Assembly (NCBI RefSeq): GCF_001194135.2
Contig: NC_068989.1
Coordinates: 59,791,181-59,849,541, forward strand
Source: Octopus bimaculoides
Lineage: Eukaryota
Direction: 5' to 3'
DNA: 58,361 nt
In this document: piece by piece, positions 1-13,780 of the stretch
Numbering within the stretch: position 1 is the first letter of the stretch
How the letters are laid out: each line of letters opens with the position of its first letter
Position numbers and translations under genes: made by a program
The notes under the pieces: model-generated
What the model was told of the DNA's origin: nothing
Database searches by the model: none
Seen by the model: only the letters and a program-made list of their open reading frames with translations

Positions 1-145
1 TAACAACAGGGTTTAGAAAGGTCTTTTTTATTTTTTTTACTTGTAGATTGCTTTACTGAGTTAAGCATAAAAATTATCGAATTCTGTACTGCAGAAATAC
101 TATCAAACTTGGCATTTTCTTGAGGATCTCTCTTTCCACATTAAC

Positions 146-370
146 TTGCATCATCATCATCGTTTAACGTCTGCTTTCCATGCTAGCATGGGTTGGACGA
201 TTTGACTGAAGACTGGTGAACCAGATAGCTACACCAGGTTCCAATCTGATTTGGCAGAGTTTCTACAGCTGGATGCCCTTCCTAACGCCAACCACTCCGA
301 GAGTGTAGTGGGTGCTTTTACATGCCACCGGCACGAAGGCCAGTCAGGCGGTACTGGCAACGGCCACACA
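146..370 (-). mobile_element. RTE-LINE 3' tail / tail-sharing SINE ending in (GAT)n
   Basis: catcatcatc-gtttaacgtc...; same family recurs at about 1860-2230, 3760-3900, 6640-6915, 12296-12691, 45055-45260 and 54917-55078. Confidence 0.7.
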
Positions 371-590
371 TAGTTCTAAATCAACTGCATGTCATTCTCA
401 CTTGATGCTTCACTATTTTCCTAATATTCATGTTTTCTGGTTAATTATAAACTCTTGTTGTTGTCATTCATTTGCCTTATAACTTGAAAAAATTCCACAT
501 ACTTTCTCAAAGAACTGTTTTAGCCCCTCTTCCCTCAAATTAAATTCTTTAACACAAGTACTCCTTTACTTTCTTCCTGTCTCCTCTTGC

Positions 591-818
591 TTAACTCTTC
601 AGCATTCAGATTCCTCTGCCAAATGTAATGCTTATTTACTCAGACGGTTTTGAATTAATCATGCGTTATCTCATAGCTTCGAGATATCAATGGTTTGATT
701 GCATATTTTTAGAATCTCATTGCAGGGTAGGTGTAAGAGGTTAGATCTGGATAGTTTGAACATAAAACTGGTAGAATATTTGGACCAGATATGACTGGTT
801 TCAATGCAAAAGCATTAA
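591..818. mobile_element. non-autonomous MITE, TTAA-flanked (piggyBac-like ends)
   Basis: ttaactcttcagca...tgcaaaagcattaa; related copies at about 5545-5763 and 53915-54130, and a ttaaccctttagca end near 46575-46590. Confidence 0.55.
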
Positions 819-1114
819 TAATTCAAAGAAGTATGGTATCTTAATCTAGAATAGCTCTTCGTTTTATTTTTTTTTATGAAATGGTTCTACCAATATTATA
901 CTGTTTAAAAATGGAAGACTAACAAACTATTTTCATTGTATTTTGTGTGCTTCTACCCATACTTCAGTAGCAAACATCTGTAACATTGGCTATGCTTTGT
1001 GCTCAAAATTGTCTCTTCAAATTAAGAAATGAAATTAACTGTTGTTTATTGTTGAATGAAATGCATTTTGTTGATTAAGTATGATAACACTTTTTTATTT
1101 TTATCCCCTGCAAG

Positions 1115-1202
1115 GCTCATCAATCCAACAGAGTTTGCAATGCTTTAGCACTTCTACAATGTGTTGCTTCTCACCCAGAAACAAGATCAGCATTTTTACA
1201 AG
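1115..1202 (+). CDS. CNOT9: CNOT9 exon ([29 protein letters not shown])
   Basis: ctgcaag|GCT...CAAG|gtaagt; phase 0 to 1. Confidence 0.97.
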
Positions 1203-4200
1203 GTAAGTATCACTCATTAATCTTTTACTCTTTTACTTGTTTCAGTCATTTGACTGCGACCATGCTGGAGCACCGCCTTTAGTCGAGTAAATCGACCCCA
1301 GGACTTATTCTTTGGATGCCTAGTACTTATTCTATCAATCTCTTTTGCCAAACCACTAAGTTACGGGGACATAAACACACCAGCGTTGGTTATCAAGTGA
1401 TGTTGGGGGGACAAACAGACATACAAACACATACATACATATATACGACGGGCTTCTTCCAGTTTCCATCTACCAAATCCACTCACAAGGCTTTGGTCGG
1501 CCCGAGGCTATAGTAGAAGACACTTGCCCAAGGTGCCACGCAGTGGGAATGTACCGGAACCATGTGGTTGGTAAGCAAGCTACTTACCACACAGCCACTC
1601 CTGCGCCTATTCACTTCTATAATACTCTTGCCACTGACTATTTTATGACTATCCATCACTCACTTGCTCTTTTCCTCTCCCAATACTTTCTCTTCCTGAA
1701 GTCCTCTTACACTCTATCCCGTTCATTTCTCTCTCTCTCTCTCTCTTTAACACACTGACACTCCAGTTATCCTGCCTTCCTCTCTTTTCTACCCACTCTT
1801 AGTCACATTGCCCCCTACAAACACAGACAGTACTGAGCACTGAGAACCCCTTTTTTGTTTTGGAGGATAAAAAGCACTAGTGCTGGAGCCACAATAAAAT
1901 GCTTCCAGTACACTGTAAAGTCGTTGGTGAACAAGCAGAGATGATGTAGAGTTGAGAAGACTCTTAATTTATATTATTGAAGATATGACAACCTTTCTAG
2001 TGCTGGTGCCATGTTAAGCTGCACCCATACACTTAGTAAAGTGGTTGGTGCTAAGAATAGTATCCAGCTTACAAACCATACCAAACTTGAAAAAAAGTCT
2101 TGTAACACATGATCTCTCAACATGTCTAGGAACAAAAAAAAATAACTTCAAATACGAACTGGTTTGGGCCATGCCAACTCGTCCAACCGATACCAACATG
2201 GAAAGTAGATGTAAAACAACAATGACATAATTTCAGTCCCAACCTGGTTTGAATGCATACATAGATTCAAGCATGTTAGTATCAAGGTATTTGGAAACTT
2301 AATACCTTCTTCATATTCATTATTCTGTCAGGAAGTTGTGTGGCTTTTAATTTCTAGACTAAGACTCGATATATGCCTCTACTTTGTTCTGAATAGATGA
2401 CATTTTTGTTTCAGAAGACAACTTTTATTATAATTTTTTTTGTTTCATTTTTCACAGCTCACATCCCACTGTTTCTTTATCCATTTCTTCACACTGTCAG
2501 TAAAACACGTCCATTTGAGTATCTCCGTTTAACAAGTCTTGGTGTTATAGGGGCCCTTGTTAAGGTAATTTTTTTTTCTCTTCCTAATTTAAAATTGTTC
2601 TGATTTCAAACACTAAAATGATATTTTGTTATGGAGAGCCAAGTCATGTTCTTAGTTAGGATATCTCGTTTCTAATTGACATTGACATCTGTATTCTTTT
2701 TTGACTATAATATCTGAAGTGTCACACTTAAAAGATATTTTCTGAAATAAATTTTATAATACATTCACTTTCGTTTTTAACTTTTAGAATGTCAACAGAA
2801 ACTCGTAGGGAGTTGAAATTAACTGGAAGTTGTGAACGCTATGTAATTTATGAATGTTACAGGCACTCAGTCCAAGTCCTCTCATGAGTATAACTTGGAA
2901 AGAGAGATGGGCATTGCCAAGCTGATTTGCTCTAGATATATTTTATAGTCTTCATTTGGTAACCCATGACACCAGTGAGTTATAGGACACACATAATCTT
3001 CTAGCTTGGTGTTAGTCCCTGTTGCAGCCTAAAAGACTACTTCAAAGACTATCCAACTAACCCTAACACATTGGCCAAGAATTTTTGTGGATAATATAAA
3101 TGTGTATCCTAGCATGAAAAATATTAATCTATTTAATCTCAACATACATGATATAACTTCTATCTATTAAGTCACAGATGGGAAAAGTTGATATTTTTCA
3201 GAAACAAAAATTCTTTGGAAATACACTTAATGATGTGTAGCCTCAGTGGCTCTCTTAGAATATCAGTGTATGGGGAGATAGGTATTCATGCTGACTCTCC
3301 TGTGTTAAAAAAAAAATGAGTTAGACCTTTGCTACAAGACTACAAAGAGGTAATAGTGATTCTTGCTGTAACTTCAAATACTTCTACCAGAACCAACAAT
3401 TAACTTTATCACTCTAGAATACTTCCTTTGATCCATAGTTATGCCTATGTATAAATGACTTCACCTGTAATTATAAATTGGGAAATTGTTTGTTTTGTTA
3501 TTTCTAGCCTGATGAACAAGAAGTAATTACATTTCTTCTTACGACTGAAATAATCCCTCTCTGCTTGCGAATAATGGAGTCAGGAAGTGAATTATCTAAG
3601 ACTGTGAGTAATTTTTTATTTTCATCAATAAAGCCATCTCCTCCTCTACTACAACTCCACTCAATTGAAGGGAGCTTCTTTTTTTATCTTGTATGTTACT
3701 TGGTGACCTTAATAGTATCACTGTCAAAAAAAAAATGCATTCAGTAACTCTATACTAAGATTGGTATTAGGAAGAGCATCCAGCTGTAGAAACCATGCCA
3801 AAGCAAACATTGGAACTCAACACAATGATGTAGATCATTGGATTCCATCAAACTGCCCAACTCATGCCAGCATAGAAAACTATTAAATGATGATGATGAT
3901 GGCAGTGCCCTGCAAAAGGGCATATTTTCTTAAGGTTGAGCTACCGACATTATGGTTCTCTTGACTTTCTAACAGATTTTCTGGTTAAACTTGAAAGAGA
4001 GAAAAATACTTACTTTACTGGGAAAAAATAAGATTCAGCAATTATTTACTTATTTATTCTTAGCACATCTAAGCAGGTTTGGACACAAAATATGCTGGCT
4101 GCTGTAGTGTACATGATAGGGGAATAACTTCTCTTTTTTACTAGTGTGTTCCACATACTCAGCTCATTAGCATATGGCATTTTTGGGCACTGGTGTTTCG

Positions 4201-7200
4201 ACATGTTGCATCTCATCAGCCAAAAGCAGTGAGAACTCTGAGCCCAGACAAATTGTTTGCTGTTAGATGCTTGTATTTGCTAACTAATAAAAAAAAATCG
4301 TTGTTTGTGCTGTGTACAAGAACATTTATTCTGTAGTTCTCTGCCCTTAATACAAATGAACACTTCACTCAACTTCTATTGGACTAAACCAGAGTTAACT
4401 AACACAGCAAGTCTTTGTTAAAATACAATGCTATTTTAGTATTTCTAACAGCAACTATTAGATTTATAGTTGCTCATTTGGTCATTTTTATACTTAGTTA
4501 AAGAATTAACATTCTAATTATCCTAAGAAACATCATCAGGTAGATAACTGGTATAAACAAGCATTCTCTGTTATAAGTTTTTTTTTTCTAGTTTGTCTCT
4601 TGTCTTATTTATTAGTGTTCCTTTCTCACAGGAACCAATATTTTTATCTTTGTTTTCATAAAATTAGCATATAAATTAATTTGATGATGATGATGATGAT
4701 GAATTCCAAAATCAAATTATTTCATCAAAGTAATTCTCTTTAACATTAATTAGTGATAAATTTTAATATTTTTGTTGCTCCAGGATTATCTTTTTACATT
4801 ACACTAACAAATTATATCTCACATGAAAATTATCTTAGAAACAATTAACTGTGTATGTATATATATCATCCATTTGTTGTTTACACCACCTGTTTTCGTC
4901 TGTTGTTTTTTCGTCAATTGTCCCATATATATATATATATATATATATAATTATGTTGATCTTTTTAATAAAACCATAACTTACAATGTGCTGTCATTAA
5001 TTTTCTATAAAAACTTCTATTTTTTTTATTACCAATGTATCATTTAAAATTAGAATCCACAGGTTTAAGATTATCAAATGGTACTGAAATTGCATATTTT
5101 CTCCCTCTCTTTTTCTCTTTACAGGTTGCTACTTTCATACTACAAAAAATTCTTTTAGATGAAACGGGTTTGTCTTATATTTGTCAAACATACGAAAGGT
5201 TCTCACATGTTGCCATGATCTTGGTAAGATTCATTTTTTTCTTTAGTGTGTTGGCATTTACAGCTTCATGAAAGCTCTTGACCATTCTTTTAACTCTGCA
5301 GTGAATTGTATAGATAGTATAATATGTTTGATGTGACTGTGTGTATGTTATCACAAGAGTTCATACAGAGATTATTAATGGCATGCTAGACAGTCTAGAA
5401 ACTTCCAAAAGAAACTCCAAGCTTCTTGAATAATTAAGAATTAGGTTTTGTGACCTCGATGCTTCAAGAAACTTAGAAAAGGGAGTTTACTCTATGATCT
5501 TTCTTGCAAGGGAGATCATTCAACTATCTATCTACTGCTACAACTATTTAGCATTCTGATTACTCTATCAAATGTAATGCTTATATTCACATTGTTTTGA
5601 ATTAATCATGCATTATCTCGTAACATCAAAATTTCAGTGATGTGATTACTTATTTTTAGAATAACATTTAAGTGTAGGTGTGAAAGGCCAGATCTGGCTA
5701 GTTAGAACATAAAACAGATAGAATATTTGGGCCAGATATGGCCAGTTTAAATGCTAAACATTAAAAGAAGAAAAATTTTGCACCTAAAGTCTTACTGGCT
5801 TATAGTTTATGTATAAATGTCCCGTTCTTGTCTACTTTAGATAAATGTTATATTCATATATTACATATTTGATCTAGCAAAGGTCTTAGTCCACTTCAGT
5901 ATATCACTGAAATTTTACATTCAAATTCTAGTTAACTATTATGTTGAAAATGCATTTCTGTTGTTGATAGGTACTCTCACAGTTGTGTGATTAGGGAGTT
6001 CACTTTGTAGTCAGATGGTTTTGGGTTCAATCCCATTGCATGAAATCTTTGGATAGTGTCTTTTACTATAGCCCCAGGCCTGCTAAAACTTTGTGAGTAG
6101 ATTTTGAAGACAGAAACTGAAAGAATCCATTGTGTGTGTGTGTGTCCATAATCTCTTTGTCTTGATATTGCACACTCTTTGTAGATGAGCTTCACTGTTA
6201 AGTGATGTCACTCATTTGAAATCTACTGTGGAATTGTCCAGCCACTATACTGTTCATTTTCTAAAGCACTTAGGAAAATTTTATCTTACTTGAAAACAGG
6301 TGAAGTTTGGTGATAGAAAGGCCATCCAGCCACAAATTCTACCTCAAAGAATTTCGTCTGACTCATGCAAGCTTGGAAAAGTGGAGGTTAAAATGATGAT
6401 AATATCAAATTTAAAGAAAAAACGTTAGGTGTTCTCACACAATTAAAAATATTCAGTAGTTTATTGGCTGTATTTTAGACATGAAGCTGTATTTTCCCTT
6501 TTATTAGACAGACTGATAGACAACCATTAATTTAGAGTGAAATGAATCTGATAAAAAAGTAGATTTAGTTGACATAGAGTAAAAATAGAAAGGTAAATAA
6601 GAATAGAAAATCTAACCTTAGAAGTGTTAAGGCCACATCCCCTGGCAAAGAAGATTGTCCTGCAAGAGTCCTGTGTCAGTGCCATGTAAAAAGCACTTGT
6701 GCTGGCATCAAGTAAAAGCACTTGTGTTGGTGTTACGTTACAAGCACCCAGTACACACTATAAATTGGTTAGCATTAGGAAGGGCATTCAGCTGTAGAAA
6801 CCAAGCCAAATCAAACTGGAACCTGGTGCAGTTCTCTGACTTGCCAGCTCTGGTTAAACTGTCCAACCCATGCCAGCATTGAAGGCAGACGTTAAAGGAT
6901 GACGATGATGACGATACTTTCATTTACATTTTCATATATATATCATCATTTATCATCTCTTTTTCATGCTGTCATGGGCTGAAAGATTTGACAAGCTCCA
7001 GTGAGCCATAGAACTTCATCAAGCTGTCTGCTGTAGCATGGTTTCTATGTCTGGATGCCCTTCCTAAAAACAACCATTTTACAGAGTATATTGAGTTTTC
7101 TTGTGACACTAGCACAAGTAACTTGCAAAACAAGACCCCTTGATAGANNNNNNNNNNGTTAAACTGTCCAACCCATGCCAGCATTGAAGGCAGACGTTAA

Positions 7201-8659
7201 AGGATGACGATGATGACGATACTTTCATTTACATTTTCATATATATATCATCATTTATCATCTCTTTTTCATGCTGTCATGGGCTGAAAGATTTGACAAG
7301 CTCCAGTGAGCCATAGAACTTCATCAAGCTGTCTGCTGTAGCATGGTTTCTATGTCTGGATGCCCTTCCTAAAAACAACCATTTTACAGAGTATATTGAG
7401 TTTTCTTGTGACACTAGCACAAGTAACTTGCAAAACAAGACCCCTTGATAGAGTAAGGTATCATATTGTGAGGGGTTGCTTTTTACCAAATTTTGAGAGG
7501 CTAAAGTGTGATACAGGGTTAGGAATATGTATCTTGCTGTAGTGGTGGTGATGAGGTATCAGGATGTATCCTCAAGGCACAAGAAGATGGATATAAATGG
7601 GAATAGGAAAATTGGATCTGGGATGAGTATATTTGCAAGATTGAAAGGAGAATGACATGGTTAGAGGTGAGTGACCATCTCTCTCTTTATGTGTGTGTGT
7701 GTGTATTTATGTATATCTATATGTATCTATCAGATATTTTAGTGTGAAATAAATTATTTTCAGGGTAAGATGGTCCTTCATTTATCAAAAGATCCTTCTG
7801 CAAGGCTGCTCAAGCATGTTGTTCGCTGTTATCTACGACTTTCTGACAATCCACGGTGAGGTTTTACTTTAAAATACTGATTTTTTTTCCTACTAATTTC
7901 CAAACTTTTCTGCAATGGTACTTTATCAAAATAATTTACCTCAAGCTATGGCAGAACATGAAGCATGAAATTTTAAATTAATAACCTTCTGCAATTCACA
8001 CTTAACATATATACAAAGTTGTCGTGAATAACTTTACTTTGAGATTGATGCTGGGGCAGGTAGTTAGAAATAGACAAAATTAGATATGGGAAATGCAAGC
8101 TCATATTTAACTCTCTATGTAATTGTAAGGCAATGATATAGCAATTCTCTATTTGTCTTAGATCAAAACTTGAAGATTATTTATTACAGAATACATTTAT
8201 TTCATTGTTGATTGGTTTCACTCCTGAGTAGGAAATTTTTCATTTGCATATGAACCAAATTAATTTTAGCTATTGCCATTTTAATATTTAGATATCTACT
8301 GTTGAATACATTTATTTCATTGTGAACAGGTTTCACTCCAGAATAGGAAATATTTCATCTGCATAAGAACCAAGTTGTTTAGCTGTAGATGTGAAGAACT
8401 GTAAATACCCCCCAAAAATGATTATTTGTATTGTGTTTATGTTTAAAATCAATTAAAATAATTTTTCTTTTTTTTTTATATATACTGTAGAGCCAGAGAA
8501 GCCCTTAGACAGTGTCTTCCAGATCAACTTAAAGACTCCACATTTGCAAACATCCTCAGTACTGATGCACATACCAAGCGCTGGTTAATGAATCTCCAGT
8601 CTAACCTCGAAACTGCCAGCGTCCCAGACCCACGTGGGATGCCTTTGCATACCCAATGA
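1115..8659 (+). CDS. CNOT9: CCR4-NOT subunit 9 (Rcd1/Caf40), 3' part; six coding exons, 5' exons lie upstream of the window
   Basis: join(1115..1202,2458..2564,3508..3603,5125..5223,7764..7855,8491..8659). All introns are GT-AG with matching phases. Translation [71 protein letters not shown]...[10 protein letters not shown] is nearly identical to known Rcd1/CNOT9. Confidence 0.98.
1223..1597. mobile_element. tRNA-derived SINE family copy
   Basis: cttttacttgtttcagtcatttgactgcg..ccatgctggagcaccgcc; copies at about 15755-16000, 36680-36970, 49625-49800 and 56395-56730. Confidence 0.65.
2458..2564 (+). CDS. CNOT9: CNOT9 exon ([35 protein letters not shown])
   Basis: ttcacag|CT...AAG|gtaatt; phase 1 to 0. 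Confidence 0.97.
3508..3603 (+). CDS. CNOT9: CNOT9 exon ([32 protein letters not shown])
   Basis: tttctag|CCT...ACT|gtgagt; 96 nt. Confidence 0.97.
5125..5223 (+). CDS. CNOT9: CNOT9 exon ([33 protein letters not shown])
   Basis: tttacag|GTT...TTG|gtaaga; 99 nt. Confidence 0.97.
6853..7452. other. 295-bp exact duplication either side of a 10-N gap, probable assembly artefact
   Basis: 6853-7147 is identical to 7158-7452. Confidence 0.85.
7764..7855 (+). CDS. CNOT9: CNOT9 exon ([30 protein letters not shown])
   Basis: ttttcag|GGT...CG|gtgagg; phase 0 to 2. Confidence 0.97.
8491..8659 (+). CDS. CNOT9: CNOT9 last coding exon ([15 protein letters not shown]...[10 protein letters not shown])
   Basis: ctgtag|A GCC...; stop TGA at 8657-8659. 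Confidence 0.96.
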
Positions 8660-8783
8660 CTATTACCGAACAGTGACATTATTTCCACACCTAGTCAACA
8701 TGAGAATTTCAGCTGAATTGACTCTTAAAGCCCTATTATTCATTTATCATCACCGTTTCATTAATGCCATTAGTGCATACATC

Positions 8784-8789
8784 AATAAA
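8784..8789 (+). terminator. candidate polyadenylation signal of CNOT9 (second AATAAA at 8996-9001)
   Basis: AATAAA about 125 nt after the stop codon. Confidence 0.5.
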
Positions 8790-8948
8790 GACTTGTATGC
8801 ATGCTTTCTCAAAATCCTTTGGCTTTGATCTCAATTTATCATGCCAATTACATGAATATTACTCCTAATCCATGGTGTTACTGAGCATTGCCAACGTTTA
8901 TTTCAGTTAAGATGTTATATTCCCTTAATTACTGTTATCATCAAACAT

Positions 8949-8986
<38 letters not shown>

Positions 8987-9835
8987 GACAGTATTAATAA
9001 ATTTATTTATTTCATCAAATTTGTCTAATTAGTAGGTGAATTGATAGATGGAGTATCGTGTAATGCTTTCTGAATGAGAAAATCTGAATTTTGACTTGTA
9101 TAGTTTAATCCTGAAGTATTTACACATTTCTATGCAATTTATGTTGCTAGAATTATGAGGTCACTGCACTCTTATTTATGTAATGATAATGAAATTATTG
9201 TGTATAATGCTCAGGTGCACTACAACTCCTCAAAGCTGCATGTACAGTACATAGAATTATCTACAGAAGTCAGGAAAGTGAACAGTGTATGAGTCATGAT
9301 ATACATGTGTGCATGCGTATGGAGTGGAGGATATCTGGTATAGTGTTGGCGAATTTCAGGAAGCATAGAGGTTTTAAAGGATGCAATGTCTTGGCAACTA
9401 ACAACTGATGCAGCTAGTTTGTTCCATGCTTCAACAACTCTGAGTGTGAGAAAATGTTTCCGAAAGTCATGGGAGCTGAAAAATTGAAATGAAACAATGA
9501 AATAGCCAAGTTGTTTTTTAAATGATATATGGGGGAAAAAATACTTAATAAATTCAACCTCAACAAGAGTGATGTTTAGGTGAAACCATGTAAACTAAGT
9601 AGTGTAAGTCAAAGGACAACTCTGTATGTGTGTATGTGTATGTACGGGTAAAGCTGAATGGCTAAAAAGTTCACTTCATAACTGTAAGATCCCAGGTTCA
9701 GTTTCACTGACTTTATACATGGCTTCTTCATTACTCATGGTTCTCTCTGTTAAATTGATTTATATTTCTTTAATCATTCCTCTCTATCTACAGTTGTTTT
9801 TTTTTCTTGCGGTGGGGAGAGTCTAGAAATAAAAA

Positions 9836-12800
9836 TCATCATCATCATCATCATCATCGTTTAACGGTCCACTTTCCATGGGCTGAATGGTTTAACTTAG
9901 GACTGGCAAGCCGGTAGGCTACACCAGGCTCCAATCTGATCTGACAAGGTTTCTACAGCTGGATGCCTTTCCTAATGCCAACCACTCCGAAAGTGTAGTG
10001 GGTTCTTTTTATGTGCCACCAGCATGGGAGCCAGTCAGGCGGCACTGGCATCGACTACATTAGGATGGTGCTTTTTACCTGCTACCAGCACAAGAGCCAG
10101 TTGGAAGGACACTGGCATCAATCATGTTCACATGGTGCTTTTTACATGTCACAGGCACAGAGAGCCAGTTAAGTGGCACTGGAATCGACCCATGCTTGAA
10201 TGGTGCTTATTGCGTGCCACCAGTATGGGTGCCAGCCAGGCAGCACTGGCATCGGCCACAACTACGATTTCCATTTTGATTTCAACTTTACTTGACTCAA
10301 TAGTTCTTCTTAAGCACAGCGTATTGCCTGGCAATTCAAGGGTACTCTTTAATGGGCTGGTTATGCAACACTGGTATCAGCCACGGTTGTGATCTCACTT
10401 TACTTGCCGGGTCATTGACCACAATTTGATTTCACTTCACTCAGCAGGTCTTCTCAAGCACAGCAACGATTCAAGAGTACTTTTAAATGGGCTGGTTATG
10501 TGACACTGGTATCGGCCATGGCTGTGATCTCACTTTGCTTGCCAGGTCTTCTCATTCACAACATATCTCCAAAGGTCTCAGCTTCTTGTCATTGCCTCTG
10601 TGAAGCCCAACATTCGAAGGTTGTGCTTCACCACCTCATCCCATGTTATCCTAGGTCTCTCTTTTCCACAGGTTCCTTCCACTGTTAGGATGTGACATTT
10701 ATTCACACAGCTCTCCTCATCCATACGCAGCACATAACCATACTAGTGCAGTTATGTCTCTTGCACACCACATCTGATGCTTCTTATGCCCAACATTTCT
10801 CTCAGGATGCTTACACTCTGTCGTGTATCCACACTGACATTACACATCCAGCAGATCATACTAGCTTCATTTCTTTCAAGCCTACATATGTCCTCAACAG
10901 TCATGGCCCATGTTTCACTGCCATGTAGCATAGCTGTTCACACACATGCATCATGCAGTCTACCTTTCACTCTGAGTGAGAGGCCCTTTGTTACCAGCAG
11001 AGGTAGGAGTTCCCTGATTTACAATATGGGTGACTAGACCATAGCCCACACCACCAGATATTTTAAGCATCTCGGTGGTGATTCCTGATTGGCCGGGAGC
11101 TTTCCCCATCTTCATATCCTCAATTGTTTTATCTGCCAGGGTACAGTCAATTCGGGTAGCTGGTCCCTCAATTGGATCAACATTTGGCAGGCTCTCCTAC
11201 TATACGTTCTCCACATTCAGCAGTCTTTCATAATGGCATCTCCAAGCCTCTTTCTTTTCAGAATCATTAAAAACAAGTGCACCATCATCCATGAGGACAC
11301 ATTTCTCCCCTATGACATCACAAGGTTTTCTTACATACTGTCTAGCAATCCAAAATACTTAAGTTCATTGGTCCTCACATCACTGCTTCTCCTTTGGCTA
11401 TATATACCTGTCTCCTAGCCTCCCTTCTGGCTATCTGATACAGTTCCCTGCTACCCTGACTCTTCCAGGTTTTCCAGGCTTGTTTCTTTGCCCTAATGGC
11501 CCTGTCTACAGTATTATTCCACCACCATGTTACCCTAGGTCTGGAAGGGACTTTGCACCAGCCACAGATTTGGTCTGTGGTGCTCAGTAAGTTGTCATAC
11601 AGGAATTTCCAGTTGTCTATGTCACAAGTCTGTAGCTCCTCCTCCCTATCATCAGATTTCTCAATGAGGATGTCCCTAAATCTTTGATCATGTGCAGGGT
11701 TCTTAAGCATCCAAATTCTTTTCCAGATTGGTCTGCTTCTTGACATCCTTCTGGCCTCGAGTCTAAAGTTGCTAATAACCAGTCTATTTGGAGGTGGGGT
11801 ACATTATTCACCAGGGAAGATCTTGTATCTAAGAGCAACCATGCATCCTGCTGTCTGGTGAGAATGAAATCAATCTGGCTAGCAGAGTCACCTGATTGAT
11901 AGGTTTCAGGTGGCTGGCTGACTTCCTGAAGTTGGTGCTGTAGATTAATAAGTTGCTTGCTCCACAGAACTCCAGTAGCCTAGTTCTCTCTTCATTTTGG
12001 GTCCCATGAACACTATGGAAGATGCCAGATTGCCATCTGACATGCCCATTAAAATCTGCAGTCACAAAGATGAGATCATTGTCACTCATCTTTGAGGTAG
12101 CCTGGAAAAGGATGTCATAAAATTCTGTTCATTTGGTAGACCCACTTGTGGGGCGTAGGCAGAGATAATTGTAGCTTTGCTATTCTGCAAGACTAGCCTG
12201 AGCTTAAGCACTCTCTCGCACACCCTGACTACCTCTATGACCTTATCCACCCATTTCTCCACAAGGAGTTCTAGTGGAGCACCATCTGAGAGTGATCATT
12301 GCCAGGGCCGCTGACTGGCCCCCGTGCCAGTGGCACATAAAAAGCACCATTCAAGTGTGATCGTTACCAGCATCGCCTTACTGGTACGTGAAAAACAGCA
12401 TTTGAGCGAGAGCGTTGCCAGTGCTGCTGAACTGACTCCTGTGCAGGTGGCACGTAAAAACACCATTTGAGCTTAGCCGTTGCAGTACCACCTGACTGGC
12501 CCTCGTGCCAATGGCACATAAAAGCACCCACTACACTCACGGAGTGGTTGGCGTTAGGAAGGTCATCCAGCTGTAGAAACTCTGCCAGATCAGATTGGAG
12601 CCTGGTGCAGCCATCTGGCTCATCAGTCCCCAGTCAAACCGTCAAACCCATGCCAGCATGGAAAGCGGACGTTAAACGATGATGATGATGAGTAACCTAC
12701 ACCACCTACCCCATCACTGTTTCCTTCCCAGAAGATTTTATACCTATGTGCCTTGTCTGTGAGGACCCTGGCTGAAGCTCCTCTCCACCTTACCTCTTGT

Positions 12801-12900
12801 ATACAGCATACATCAACACATCTCCATTTAAGCATGTCTACAATCTCACTAGACCTACCTTTCAGTGTGCCTACATTAACAGTGCCAACTCTAAAAACTG
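9836..12900 (-). mobile_element. decayed, internally deleted RTE-clade LINE with a same-family tail inserted at 12296-12691
   Basis: APE endonuclease motifs FRVGTVNVGTLKG..VDVCCIQEVRWRG and ADFNGHV; TWWWNNTVDRAIRAKKQAWK; tandem-repeat 3' UTR and (GAT)n tail; many stops and frameshifts. Confidence 0.85.
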
Positions 12901-12999
12901 GAAAAGGGATTTGGGAGGAATGTTTGGTGTAATTTATGTTTGATGTCTGGAAGTTCAAATATTTCGGAGTTAGTTTCAGGAATCCAATCTCTGTGTTTG

Positions 13000-13780
13000 C
13001 ATTTCCTGAAAACCAAAGTATTGGAAGTAGTAATATAAACTTTTTTTGTTTAAAATCTAACAATAAGCCATTTGATGAAGAATTTGCTCGAGATTTTCCT
13101 AAAGCAACAGATATTGTTGCGTCTTGGAGTTTATCAACATTCAACTGTTTCAGAACATTTGTGTTATTTGTTGTAAACTTTCACAACCACCTTCAGCCTA
13201 GCCAAACTGGATAGCGGTTGCTCAACACATAGTACCATGCAAAACTTTAATGGTAAATAGATCATGAATATCATTTTTGTATATTATGACAGTCAATAGG
13301 ATGACACTGTTTCAAGCAAAGGCAGACCCAGTTTTTGCTGAAACGTATATTGCCTATTACATCACCAAGCTTCAAACAGCAGCACCAGGTACAGGCAACT
13401 GCTCTATCAAACCATCTCAAACTGGACCACATATTGCAGTTATGACTTTCTCTGCTATTAAAATCATTAGATAGAATGAATTTTGTTAACAGTAGGTATA
13501 GAAGGAATGGTACTTCTAAAATTCTCTGAGAAAAAAGATAGAGCGCCTTCCATTGATTTACAAGACAACAGCAAATGGAGTTTAATGATGCAGTTACTTA
13601 CATTGATGGCAACTCATCTAGCCCATCAGCTAGGTTCTTCCTGATTGCAAAGCTAATGCTGGCCTCTTATTTCTCATGTGTTGCTATGCCAACCCAAAAG
13701 AAACCAAGCATAACACATTTCAGGAATGTAGTAATAACTCTTGCACATATCAATATTTTGACTCTCACTTTTATGTTGCT
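13000..13780 (-). mobile_element. second RTE endonuclease fragment (BovB-like)
   Basis: FFWVG..EK*EASISFAIRKNL..LDELP and NSSSNGLLL resemble RTE endonuclease. Confidence 0.55.

Noticed and set aside
6853-7452. Exact 295-bp tandem duplication in a CNOT9 intron
   Set aside because: Identical copies abut a 10-N gap: an unmerged contig overlap. The same applies to 18519-18735 and the adjoining unit.
7761-7772. CAG|GGTAAGA, a donor-like motif at the start of a CNOT9 exon
   Set aside because: Explained by the conserved Gly-Lys-Met codons.
12623-13144. 173-aa ORF looking like a novel N-terminal extension on a LINE endonuclease
   Set aside because: Chance in-frame join of two separate RTE endonuclease fragments and a reverse-oriented tail insertion.
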